Assembly: GCF_009834535.1 (NCBI RefSeq)
Contig: NC_045696.1
Location: 76,076,001-76,140,000 of the forward strand
DNA length: 64,000 nucleotides
Direction: 5' to 3'
Origin: Camelus ferus
Taxonomy: Eukaryota
Of the stretch, positions 36,790 through 48,900 are shown piece by piece. The notes beneath the pieces were generated by a model. The model was given only the letters and a program-made list of their open reading frames with translations. It had not been told where the DNA came from and searched no databases. The number at the start of each line of letters is the position of its first letter. The first letter of the stretch is position 1. The translations under genes and the position numbers were made by a program.

Positions 36790-37574
36790 TGTTAGTGTTT
36801 CCTCAAGGAGTTTCCTCCAACTTCAGCCCCTTTACTCAGACACACCCTCCTTGCCACTTAACCCCTTGGAGTCTGCTTCTACTCTACCTTCTTGTAACTC
36901 AGCAAGGACCAGCTAAACCACCTAATCCAGTTTCTCCCAGTCTTTATTCTTCTCAACCTTCAGCCTTCTTTCTGGGAACCACGCTACTCCCTTGCCTCTT
37001 ACCCAGCACCTTCCTGACTCACTCACCACCTCCCTCTCCTCCCCTCCATCCCATCTCACCCTCGTCCTCCCTAAATGAAGGTGTTTTCCCAGGCTCTGCT
37101 CCTGACTCCTCCTTCCTTCTCTCCCTGGAGCTGTCTTCCTTGGAAGTCTCGTCCACTCACAGTCTTCGTTAGCTCAGTGTCTATGCTCGCTCCAGGCTCC
37201 TTTTCTCTAGAGAAGAAATTTCTCTCTAGGGCCAATTTTGTCGCCTGCCAGCATCCCCTGAACACTTTAATCCCATGTCTTCTCTCCACCCTGGCTCTTC
37301 CTTCTTGGCTGCACATGTTCTGTTCATGCCGAGAGATCACTGTTGACTCCCGTTTCTCTTGACCACCGAATTCCTTTTTCCCCTTTCCTACTGCCACTGC
37401 CCTTGCTTCTAGCCTCAGCATCTCTTAACCATGTACAATCCTCTCAATTGTTCCAGAGAATTCTATAGCCTAGTGCACCCCTCTCCTTCCACCTAGATGG
37501 TTTTTCCTTCTCCTCAGAATTGCCACATGCTTTTTATTTCCCTTCTAGAACTCATTATATTTCATCTTGTATTC

Positions 37575-38060
37575 ATGTGGCAATAACTCACATTTATAAA
37601 GTGCTTACAATGTGCTAAGCATTTTGCATTATCTTATTTAATTCTCATACCCACTCTGTTACTGGCTGTTATTAGCATGATTATTATTTCTGTTTTTAAC
37701 GGAGAACCCAAGCCTTAGAAAAACGAGTAACTTGCTCAAGGTCACACAGAAAGTGGCAGAGCCAGAAATTAGATGCAGCTCTCGTCTGACAACTAATAAC
37801 CATGAGCTTAATCACCAATAACTAATGATAATAATATAACTTCTATCATTTATTATGCACTTGCCATGTGCTCTATAAATGTCACATTACCCAATGAGGT
37901 TATACTATTATCATCTCCTTTTTATAGAGGAGAAAACTGAGGCCCTAAAACTTTATGTCACCCCCACTAAGGTCTCCTGGCTGGTAATGGAAGAGCTACT
38001 GTGGAAGATGGGCCATTTGGCTCCAGAGACCACGGTGGGAACCATGTCACCAGACTGCCT
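37575..38060 (-). mobile_element. Two tandem MIR SINEs (about 37575-37820 and 37825-38060)
   Basis: Cores gtaacttgctcaaggtcacacagaaagtggcagagcc and tttatagaggagaaaactgaggccct. Confidence 0.8.
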
Positions 38061-38164
38061 CCCTCTCCACTCTGCTGACTTCATTTTTATTGTCCTGGCC
38101 CTTCAACTATACAGTGGCGTCTCTGAAGAAAGGGAGAACTTCTTATTCCTTTTTTTCATACTAA

Positions 38165-38670
38165 AAGTAATTTTTATCTTGAGATAATTTCCGAATTACA
38201 AAAAAGTTGCAAATACTGTTTAAAAAGCCTTTTTTTCTGAACCATTTTAGAGTAATTTACCAACATGATGCCATATAATCCCTCAACAATTTTGTAAATT
38301 TACTCCAGAGTACATTTACTCCAGACAAGGACATTCTTCTACATAACTGTAATAAAACCATCAAAATGAGGAAATTAACATTGATACATCATTACCATCT
38401 AATATTAGACCCCATTCAATTTTTAACAACTGTCCCAATAATATTCTTTATAGCAAAAGTATCCAGTGCAGACTTAAACATTTAGTTCCTTGTGTCTCTA
38501 GTCTCCTTCAATATGGAGTAGTTCCTTAGTCTTTCTGCAGCACCCAACTCCTTGACACTTTTGAGAACTGCATGCCAGTTATTTGTAGATGTCCCTCAAT
38601 TTGAGTCTGCCTGATGTTTTCTCACGATTAGACTCGGAGTATATATCTCTGGCAGTAATGTCTCAGCAGC
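38165..38670 (-). mobile_element. Old LINE-1 3' end (L1MC-like)
   Basis: ttttctgaaccatttt..aaggacattcttctacataac..atcaaaatgaggaaattaacattgatac..tgtcccaataat..ctagtctccttcaat; same family as the 5460 element. Confidence 0.7.
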
Positions 38671-39464
38671 AAGAGGTCCTGGTTTTCCCTCTACAGCTGG
38701 TCTGCCTCAGTGTCTATAAGAGCCCCTGACCTTCATTTTTTCCCAGTCTGCTATTAAGGAAAAAATGTTAAATGTTTTTTCCAGAAACATCTTTGTCACT
38801 TCATGGATTTAAACTGGTAACTCTTAATTTTCCTTGGCCTGGGCTGTCTAACATCTACTGCCTGGAGTTTAAAATCTTATTGTGGGGCTGTTATAACACA
38901 TAGTTGCCAACTGCCTTCTCCAAAGGCAGACTCCACTTTCCTATGACAGTCTCTCTCGGCAAGCCCGTCAGCTAAGAGCCCCTCCAACTGAGAACATGAT
39001 TTCTCCACTGCACTTCTTGATCCAGAATAGTCTCCTTCCCAACTTTTCGAAATTATGAAAGGGCACATACAGCATTCTTCACAAATGTTACGTTCCAATT
39101 GGCTGATTTATTTTTAAATTAAGGTGCACACAGACATGATGTGGTTATAAAATAAACAGATGTGTGGCTTATGGTTCATTTCTTTTATAGTTTGCTGTAA
39201 ATACATAAGAAACAAATATATTTCAAAGAATACTTGATTTGGGTGGCCTTCAGAGTGATTAAAGAGTACAGTTACCAGCAAACAAATGTACAGCATCCAT
39301 ATTTCCTAGGATTAAATTAAAACTTCTAGGGACATTTGTGAAGGCCTGGGTTGCAAGCTTCAGTGACTGTTCAATAACTTCTATCAGGAGACTTCAGATC
39401 CAACTCATCAATATTAAGGTAAGACAAGAGCCTAATGTCTAGTACCACCATCCACAGATTGTAT

Positions 39465-39620
39465 GATAACAATAACAATTTGCATATATTATTACATGTA
39501 TTCCTCACAAGAACCCTTTGCGGTAGACGAGAGCTATAACAAGACGGAACAAGCTCACAGATCTCTGAGGTGGCAGAAGTAAGATGCAACCCCAGGTTTT
39601 AATTCACCCCACACTGCTTC
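39465..39620 (-). mobile_element. MIR fragment
   Basis: ttcctcacaagaaccctttgcggtag...ctcacagatctctgaggtggcagaagtaagatgcaaccccagg. Confidence 0.6.
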
Positions 39621-40169
39621 TCTAGACTAGATTATGTCTGTAATAGGTTTCCAGTTCCTCAACCATATCTTGTTATGCTGTGTATGCAAACTCTCTTCTA
39701 CCTAATAAGGTAGATAAATCAAGCCAATCAAGTTTAAACTCATGGGAAAAGTGTCTTCCAAAAAGATGCTTTCTTTAAGATAACTGGCTTATTCAAAAAA
39801 TTATTTTCCCTTTAAGCTAAAGAGCAAGGTATCTAAAGAAATTCCCAACTAGGTTATATTCAGAAATCAGAAGACTCTTCTCATATGAATCATGGGTTGT
39901 TTTTTTTTTTAACTGACAAAGTAGAGTGAATACTTTTTCTTCTGGATTCTCAGTCTTATATGAAGACAGAATAGTAAATTTCATTCATAGACTATTTTTC
40001 AAAGATGGAAATGCTAATGCCATCAGACTACAGGATAGAAAAAATAGCCAGTTATTTAATAGCCCTTGCCCAAAAAGCACCGTTTCAGCTTTTGATCAAT
40101 ATGTTAGTTCTACCACCTAAATCTGGAAATTTGAACTGGATATTTAAAGAATTCTGTCACTATAAGCAA

Positions 40170-41040
40170 TATTTATTATGTTTTATGATTATGAAATTAA
40201 CACATGCTCATTATTTGTAAAATACAGAAAATTATAAAGAATAAAATTAAGATCATATATACTGTCATTTACTCATTGATAACAATTGGTTTCTCTTAAA
40301 TATGTCTTTTCATACATATGTGTGTCTGATTTTGTTTTTGCAATATTGGGATCATATAGTAGAGTTTCGTTTTCTGCTTTTTCTCAGTTATACAATAGCA
40401 TGTTCCAAATGTTATAACGTGACATTAGTGAATGAATAATGCTTTATGTAATGTACCCTAATTTATTTAACCATAATTTAATTCTATTATTAGAAATTTA
40501 GCTTCTTTATTTTCAATGTTAAAAATAGCAATGCAGTAAATACTTTTGCATATAAATCTTTGCCCACAATTTTGGATGAATTCCTAGAAGTAAAATTATT
40601 GCATGAAGGGACATGAACTTTCTTAAGAATGTTGATTCATATTGTTAAATGCATTTCTAGGAAAATTATACCAGTTTACAATTCAGCCAGCAGATTATTT
40701 AAAAAACTCTCAGCAGCATTTAATATTTCAACATCATTTTGCCATTTTGCTAGTTTAAAAATTACATCTCATTGTTGGTTTAATTCGCATGCATTTGACT
40801 ATTAATAAAACCAAATATTTTTGCATATGTTAATTTTCCATTTATATGTGTGTGTGTGTGTTTACGTATGTTTCCTTTCTGTCTTGTATCTATTTTTCTA
40901 GTGGGATATTTACATTATTATTTTCAAATATATTTTTTCATTTGTTAAATATAATAGCCCTTGGCACATTTGTTGCCAATATTACTTACCAGTCAGTCAT
41001 TTGCTTTTAATTTTTATGTAGACAAATCTTTAATGTTCCA
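40170..41040 (-). mobile_element. Old LINE-1 (L1ME-like)
   Basis: taatttatttaacca..aattcctagaagtaaaattatt..ccagtttacaattcagccagcag..catctcattgttggttttaattcgcat. Confidence 0.65.
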
Positions 41041-42084
41041 CTATATATTCAGAGCTCATAATGTTTAAAACATGTTATTACACATTTTGGTAAATAGTTA
41101 TCTATCAATCTGTTCATTTCTAGCTAGACAATAGACATTAAACCAAACTGTTTGAGGAATCCAGCAATCCCTTACCCAGCAATCTCTACTGGCAGTTTTG
41201 GAGGGCAGTGAATTGTACAAAAGCACTCTTCTAAACTCAGCCTTCCATAACCCATTTTGAATGGAGCTTTGAACTGACCTAGAGCCCTTTGGGAACTTTG
41301 TTTCTCTCCAGACATAATATTATTTCCTGATTATAAGAACTAAATCTTATCAAAAGCACCTCAAGAATCTTCTAGGAGAGATCAAATACCAATTGCCAAG
41401 TAGCATTTTGATGAGTTAAGTATAAATGAATGTGAAACATATGGACTATATTTTCTCCAAATAAACAAGAATACAAAGTGGAGAGTTGCCTGGTCAATTA
41501 GATTTGGGACAGTTTGGAAGGAAAAATGAGTTTAATTCAAGCCTAAAATATAATTCATTTACCAACGGTATACCTGATCTCAAAATAAGTTGAGTCTGTG
41601 CTGGCAGCAAGTATCAATAATCCCTGAGAGAAGACGGGAATTTCAGGTGTATTTCTCTTCAACCTGCACTCCAGGTCCCTTTGTGGCAATATTTTTAGAA
41701 AGAGGAAAGAACAGACAACGTCTATTACTTTTCCTTTCACTTCACTTCTGACACTGTGAAATACTGAGATTCACACCAAGCCAGATGAATCCTCCCCATC
41801 TTACTTCATGCTGAGCCAGCCCAAACAAGTGTGGAAGAGACCAACACTGGTACCAGAGAATTACCTTCGAGGAATCGAGCTGTTCCTAGCCAAAACTGCC
41901 ATCTGGCCACAGTTGAAATCTGTCAATTGTAGCTATTTATGAAATCCCTAGTTGAGCCTATAAATGGCTCAATCTTACCTTGCCTACTCAATGTTACTCT
42001 CCTATCCAAATCGTTACAGAGTCTTACACTCATTCTTCTAAAAGGAGGAGGCAAGTATAGAACAGTCACTAAAAATGTTCATGA

Positions 42085-42330
42085 AAGGCAGAGTGGTATG
42101 GTAAAAAGTGAAAAGAGGCTGGGCTTTGGAATCGAGCAATCTTTGGGTCAAATCCTGATGACACGTGCTATTCATATATACTGGATGTGTTATTCACATC
42201 TCTGTGAACTTGTTTGCGAAACAGGAGCAGTGATGTCTCTCCTTCCTCACTCACTGGTGACGGGAAAGAGTCATTGAAAAAATAAACATAAGTACCTGGC
42301 CATCCACAGCAGTTATCTAGTACATGACAC
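42085..42330 (+). mobile_element. MIR SINE
   Basis: ggcagagtggtatggtaaaaag..ctgggctttggaatcgagcaatctttgggtcaaatcctg..cacatctctgtgaacttgtttgcgaaacagg. Confidence 0.65.
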
Positions 42331-43376
42331 TTCCATAGATCTTCCTAGTAATTTTCCAAGTCACACAACAAAGCATTGCAAATGGAATTTGGGAGAGGAC
42401 TGGGGACTGAGTTGCATCTGAGATAAAAGATGTTGTGGAAATGTTTAATCCTCATTTTATTTTTCCTGAATGATCTACATTCTTTCAACATAATACCAAT
42501 TATATTTGCATTAAACTAGCACACTCAAAGGGTTTGTTGCCTGATTTTTTGACTTACCATTGTTATCTGGAATTACTTAGAAATAAACAGAAAACCACAA
42601 ATGGAGAAAATGCCAGTCTAACCAAAAGGACCTCTTGTCAGTTCCAAGAACGTTAACAAATATTTCCTAAGCAAGACTGGCCTCAGACTCTTTTTCAACC
42701 AGCAGACCATGCAGGGGTTATTAGGGATTCCTAAAGCCATCCAGTTTTGTTCTCCAATAGGCTACACTTTTGCCAAACCCCACCTTCTAAGGCTCAAATA
42801 CTGCAATTCAATTCTGTCATCATTTTTACCTTAAGTGTGTTCACGAGGTCACTGATAACACAAAGTGAGTGGACTCCAAATGTCTCTCAAAACCAAAGCA
42901 GAGAGGGTGAGGGAAAAGCTTAAGGTAGGAATCCTATCTCAAGACTTTCCACGGACCTTTCTGTATGTAAAGAAATATTACTGAAATGTGAAGCCACCCA
43001 TGAAATTTTACAGCATTTGAAAACATTATTGTGTCATAAATCTGTGGCGAATTTATCTCAGAATTCTAGTACATTTTAAATATTTTTAATATCTCAATAC
43101 TTAAAGGAGAAATTTTTCTAAGAATTAGCTGTATTTCATGAATTTTACCAACCTCAGAGCAAATGAAACCAAACCATTACCCGTTTTCAGCTTACTCTTT
43201 ATCTATGGCTTAACAATTGACTTTTATACATAAAACCATAGACAATATATTTTTAAGCCAATGTCAAAGTCAAATATTATGTTTCTTTTTCCCACATTTT
43301 TATTTCTGTATTCAGAAATACACACACAAGGTCACTATGTGACCTCGGGGAAATGATCTACAGTCTCTAGCCTCAG

Positions 43377-43461
43377 TTATAAATCAGGTTGAATTGTATG
43401 ACCTTTTATAAATTAGGTTGAATTGTATAAATTTATAAATTAGGTTGAATTGTATGACCTT
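43377..43461. repeat. Three-copy tandem repeat (29/27/29 bp)
   Basis: ttataaatcaggttgaattgtatgacctt / ttataaattaggttgaattgtataaat / ttataaattaggttgaattgtatgacctt, located inside a MIR remnant. Confidence 0.95.
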
Positions 43462-43590
43462 TGACTTAGGAAATAACATCATAACAATTATACTCTACCC
43501 AAAAATATGTGAATTGTGTTCCACACAGCAGTGGTAGAAGTCCACAATGTACAGAATATTTATATAGAAATGTTACTGTTCTCCTTGAAT

Positions 43591-43601
43591 TCTCTCTCTC
43601 T

Positions 43602-43652
<51 letters not shown>
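43591..43652. repeat. (TC)6-AT-(AC)24 microsatellite
   Basis: Directly visible. Confidence 0.95.
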
Positions 43653-43654
<2 letters not shown>

Positions 43655-44849
43655 CTTAAAGGCCTCAGGGTTAGTCATTCTTCCTTCTGCTTCCAATACT
43701 CATTTCACTGCCCTTAAGCACCACACCTAGAGGATCACAGAGTGGAGAAAACATAGATGCCTCAAATAAATACTCCTTATAAAATATATGTTTCCTTTGT
43801 AGGTCAGAGATTTCCATGTACATGATCTGAGAAGTCATGTCCCCTCTTTTTTTCTTTTTAGTGAGTTGGATTTGATAAAATGATTGCTGATGTCTTCTCT
43901 GGGTTTATTTTTTAAGATTTCCATAATTGTAGCAATATATAATATGTAAGTTCATTATTCTGAAGTGAATACCCACAATGAGAAAATAAGATCTTGAAAC
44001 TACTTGCTTAATTTCATTATTCTTACCATCTTTGACCATTGCGACAAACGCTCTTGATTTTAATAACCAAGCTGCACTATGTTCCTCATAAAATGAAGTC
44101 TGAGATAAACACTGCCCAAAGAATGCAGGTTCCATCTCACTAATAAGCTTGGTCTTGGCTGTAGGCTTTTTGGAAATGATTAAATAGTACAAATGTAATC
44201 CACATGTAAGAGTGCATGAAATGGTTGAATTGTAAAACATCTCTGAAATGAGAGTGAAAACTTTTTAGCTCAAGATTAAGAGCCAATGTGGGTTTGGGGA
44301 GGGTCTGGGGTGAAAGCATGGGGAATAACAGAGGTACTGAGGGACAGGAAAGAACCCGAGGAAAGGATTTCTGAGCAGTGGGGGATATTCTTCCAGGATC
44401 TCTTAAACCTGGATTCTTTTTTCTTGGTATCTTTTAAGCCAGGAACATTTCTAACATCACTCCAACCTTAGGTGCAGCAGATATTTTCAAAGAGGCTTTT
44501 TTCCTGGAAAAAAATATCAGCAGAGATCATTCACAGTGGAGGAGAGCTGCAGCTGCATCATTATACAGATTTGCAAAATGACAAATGAAGGAGAAGAGTT
44601 AAAGCAACAGAGAGACAGTCGGTGGCACCCCACAACTTAGGCAAGAATGCTTTGCATTTCCAAGACTTAAGGGTAACAAATGCAAATCAGAAGTGTGAGA
44701 ATGCTATTCTATCCAGACTTATGTTCTGGATTAAGGATGTGTGCAGGGTGGGGCATGAAAAGCAGATCTGACCACAGAACCAACAGGATGAAAGAGAAAC
44801 AAAACATAAATAGATCAGCTACCTTCACTGACTTTCTTAAGAAGACAAG

Positions 44850-45050
44850 CAGTATGTGAGAAATGCAAAGGCCTGGAGGGCAGACTGCCTTTCTTCCAGG
44901 CTCCTCTGTTTCGCTACCAGGTGGCCTTAGTCAGGCTAAACTCTCAGAGCCTATTTTCTCATCCGAGCAAATAAAATAACATCTGACCCTTATCCTCACA
45001 GTGTGTTTTGGTGAGAACAGTGCACACACCAAGAAGTGTGAACTGACCAT
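44850..45050 (+). mobile_element. MIR SINE
   Basis: gcctggagggcagactgcct..ggctaaactctcagagcctattttctcatccgagcaaataaaataacatctgacc. Confidence 0.65.
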
Positions 45051-46949
45051 CAAACAGGTAAATTCTTTGCTCCAGCAATATAAACCCTGCCTCTTAAAGC
45101 AGTGCTCTACGGATGTAGTGAGCAGGTGTCCATCTTCCTCCCTATAAAAATGTTCCATTTCTTTGAAGAAAGTTATTAAATAATCTCTCAGAATTCAGGC
45201 ATCCTTAGGAAAAAAAATAGTAAGAGTTTTCACAAATACAAACTCTGTTAGTCCTCCTCCCTTCCCCCAAAGATTCAATTAACAAGAGGGAAAAGGTGGT
45301 GTGTTTTTAACAAGCTCTTCACGCTGAATTGCTTAGAGATGTACATTAGGCCTCCTTTTAGTAATAGGAAAAAATTATCTCGTCATGACTCGACTCTCTT
45401 TCCCACCTCTAGAGGAGGACTGCAATCAATCAGCTGGACAGCAAGATTGATTTTCTAATTAAGCCAGCATTTGTATCTGCTCGCAGAGCCACAGAAGGCT
45501 TCCCTACTGTATCTTCCCAACACATTCCTATTTGTATTTATTTACCCTCACATTTAAAGCACTTTCAAAGTTGGGAGGAAGAGGTTAGACAGCCACTCTT
45601 GCCACGCAAATATCTAGTAGGATCCATGGCTGCTTCGGGGAAGAATTGCATCAAGTTACTGAGCAAAAGAGAAAAATTGTTGAAAGGAGTCCCCTTGGAC
45701 TCAGTCAGTTTGGCTCACATGTGGATGAAATTTGCCACCATGGCCCTGTCCCCCACCCCCACCGTGGATGCAGCTGGACCAGCCAAACACAGATGGCTGG
45801 AGGAGGCAGGCTTTTAGCATTTCTAAAAGCTCCATTTCAAGCACTGCTTGCCAAGAAGGTATAGCAGGCTTTTTTCTGTGGGTCTCTGTGATGAGATGTG
45901 CTCCTGATTTAATTTACTTAGGGGAAGAATATGAAACCCTGAACAGCTCAGCCGGATTCAGTGTCCTCAGGGACTCTGCCGGAGGAGAAAACTTACTTTA
46001 GCAATTCTGGATCCAATGTGCTGGTGCCTTGTTGCTCATGACCTTCCCTCAGTGAGAGACACCAGGGAATAAAGCTGAAATCAGTAAGAAAAGCTTGCAT
46101 CTTTTTTAGTTCATTCTTGGTACATCTATTACTTAATACTTTACTTAAAAGCTCAATCTTTCACTAATTAAAATTGCTAATTTTGATTTGGGGAGCATTT
46201 TGACCTGAACTAGGATGAAATTTACTTATGTTCAATGTTGTATGTGAAACAAAGAAAGAAAGAAAGAGAAAAGAGATGAGGAGGGTGGTTGAGGCAAAGT
46301 GACTAGAAGGTAGCTGTGTGTGATGGGCTTATTTAAGAAACAATTTGTTTCAAAGACCTTAAAAAATAGTCTTTCAAGTAGCATCATTCATTTTCATTAA
46401 GTAGCTTCTGGTCTTTGGTGGCACCACTCCAGTCACTCACTAACCCCCTGGGCTGCACAAACACAACAGGCTCCTAACTGAACCCATCATCTTGCCCTGA
46501 AACCACGTCCCCTTTCTGATCTCCCTATTCCTGTGTATGGTGCCTCCATGCTCCTAACCATCAGGTTCAAAACCTGGGGGTCACTGTCAACTTAAGTTTT
46601 CCCTTGACCCTCACATTGAACTTGTGGCCTTACCCAGTGAAGGAGACTCTAGGCTGTATCCAACAAATTCATTATCATCCCTTCTTTGAATTATTCAGCA
46701 GCCTCCTAACTCTCCCCTCCCGCCACCTCCCAATCCAGACTCTCCTGTGTGCTGCTGTCCATTTCACTGCCGAAGTAATATTCTAATTCTCTCCAAAGAG
46801 TATCTCAGAGTCTGTCACCCATGCTCAAAGACCTTCACTGTCTTACCACTGAATCCTACTTAGGCAATACTTCACAGATCAGCAGATCTTTCTGGATTTT
46901 CTCATATGACTCCAAGGTTGAGGGGTTTGCCTAGGAGGCTGGTACCACC

Positions 46950-47110
46950 GCCACGGCATTTGGAAATAGTGTCAGAGTTGTGTTGGTTTGCCTCAGTGAC
47001 TGGAGGTCACAATGTCATTTACTGAGCAGGATATTTAACAGCCCAGGCACCACACACTCACAGAAGCAGTGACTTCCGTGAAACAGTACTATTTCCCTGT
47101 TGAGTAACAC
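46950..47110. mobile_element. Possible hAT-Charlie (MER20-like) fragment
   Basis: ggcatttggaaatagtgt..ttggtttgcctcagtgactggagg..gtcatttactgagcagg. Confidence 0.4.
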
Positions 47111-47248
47111 TACAACAAGTCTAGACAAATTTAACACCACTCTTTGTCCAGACATGTATCCCCTTGGTTATGGCCCTACCCGTCTTCAAATCAGTCCCAC
47201 ACACACCTCCTCCAAGCAAACTGCCCCGATCACCACCACCCTGCCCAC

Positions 47249-47277
47249 AACACACACACACACACACACACACACAC
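47249..47277. repeat. (CA)n microsatellite
   Basis: Directly visible. Confidence 0.9.
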
Positions 47278-48589
47278 CGAACTTCATCTTTCACTTTCCT
47301 GAATCTCACTTAGGTAATTCATCCCAGTCTGCCCTTTACAAATAAATTGGCCTTACATTCGATCATAAATTCCTTGAGAGACAGTACTTGTATTATTCAT
47401 TTTTATATCTCTGACACAAGTCACACAATGCTTTGTATACAATAAGTACACAATATGCAGTTATTATTTTGATCTGGGATGAGGATCTGTACTGGCAATG
47501 GAAGCCAGAGGCCCAGGGAGTCAGGCAGGGCCCGAAGGACTAAATGGATAGCAAAGGCAAGAGCAAACCATATTCTTAGAAAGAAGACCAACCAGACAGA
47601 GAGAGACTGTATCCCAGGCAAGCAGTCTGAGAATCAAAGGCTTCGGTCCAAAGGAGAGGGGAAACAGGAAGAGCTCAAGGCTTCCGCAGTCAGGCAGAAA
47701 GAAGGGCAAACAAGATGTCAATGAACAACTCAGAGAGGCATCAGGAAACAAAAGGACAATTCAGAATAAAAAATTAACTCGTTAAGTGGTTAAGACCCTG
47801 GGTGGGCGGTGGTCTGGGCAGGTGGTACTGGGGACTCACAGTGGAGCAGCTGCATGGCAATGAGTCTGAGACAGAGCTGAACCCATGCTTTGCCCCAGGC
47901 TCTGACTCCTGTGCGGCTCCTCTGAGGGTGGGTGTCAATCCTAATTCCATTAGTATGAGGCCTGAGGGAGGAGACAGGCCACTGGGAACATGTGGCCCGT
48001 GTATTCCCAAGAAGCAGCACAAGCTTTTAGAAGACAAAACCAGGGCTAGGAACATTAACTGTCCAGCTGTCTGAAGGTGAGAGAGAGAGAAAGGCGCTGT
48101 TTCAGAAGCACACTCCACTAGGGTAAGCTGGACACAAGATCGACAGTTGGGAAGAAAAGTGACTTAAGGAGGAGAAACAAGTCTTGAAGATGAACTTTGC
48201 AGAAGGACTGGGAGGGGAAGAAATGTTGAAAAGAGGATACCATAATAAAAGTAACTGTGCTGTGCGCTAGGATTGAAACCACAAAGATAGAGTAAGAGGA
48301 AACTGAGAGAATGTGCTAGACAGAGGATTTCAAAGGCAAAGGCAGTGATATCTCCAAACGCAGCTTTGGAGTAGAGAGAACAGTCATGTAGTCAGAGAAA
48401 GATTAAGGAGAGTACAGAGAGAGAGCCCTTGACTGCAAAGATCACACTCATGGGGTACAACTCATAAACTGGAAGAAAGAGTTGGAATGAGAGTTATAAG
48501 AGACTGAAATTAAATGGGAAGTCCATCTATTTTGGAAAAGTAAAAAACCATTAACTATGGCAAGAATAACCAAGAAAATTTATCAGTGA

Positions 48590-48900
48590 CTCTTCATTGG
48601 AGGCGTATTTTGTGTAAAGAACCTCATTAGAGGAGGTGATATTTGAAATATGCCTCAAAGGATAGGAAGGATTTCAGTAGGTAAAGAGGAAAGAACTGAG
48701 CATTCCTGGAAAATGCAGACACCATGAACAGCAGCCCAAAACTTGGAAAGTCTATTCCAGGAATATAGGGAAGATAAGTCTATCGGACAGAAAAAGGATG
48801 GAGGAGAGAGGAAAGAACAGGAACTGTTGATTTGCACAGTGGAAAATTTAATCATCTATCCAGCAGTGAACTATTAAATGTCATGGAAAGGAAGGCACAG
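48590..48900 (-). mobile_element. L2 fragment
   Basis: gaggaggtgatatttgaaatatgcctcaaaggataggaaggatttcagtagg..gagcattcctgg..catgaacagcagc. Confidence 0.5.

Larger units (their letters stand above)
34955..37570 (+). mobile_element. Degraded L2, split by the hAT/MLT1A nest
   Basis: C/T-rich L2-like text on both sides of the nest: ctccttcccttctgcatataaaacactcagg on the left; ccacttaaccccttggagtctgcttc, ccctaaatgaaggtgttttcccaggctctg and ctactgccactgcccttg on the right. Confidence 0.55.
46430..47470 (+). mobile_element. Fragmented L2 (about 46430-46860 and 47340-47470)
   Basis: aactgaacccatcatctt..aaaacctgggggtca..cagcagcctcctaactctcc; then taaattccttgagagacagtacttgtattattcatttttatatc. Confidence 0.6.

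Noticed and set aside
43377..43461. Tandem 29-bp units as a CRISPR-like array
   Set aside because: Head-to-tail copies with no unique spacers, in mammalian DNA with no cas genes.
41574..44099. Phase-compatible minus-strand three-exon chain (44099-44027, 41919-41865, 41663-41574) giving TSFYEEHSAAWLLKSRAFVAMVKD-DFNCGQMAVLARNSSIPR-RLKRNTPEIPVFSQGLLILAASTDSTYFEI
   Set aside because: Donors are plausible, but the second and third acceptors (acaattgacag, ggagtgcag) lack pyrimidine tracts. The peptide is unrecognised and phase agreement is easy to get by chance.
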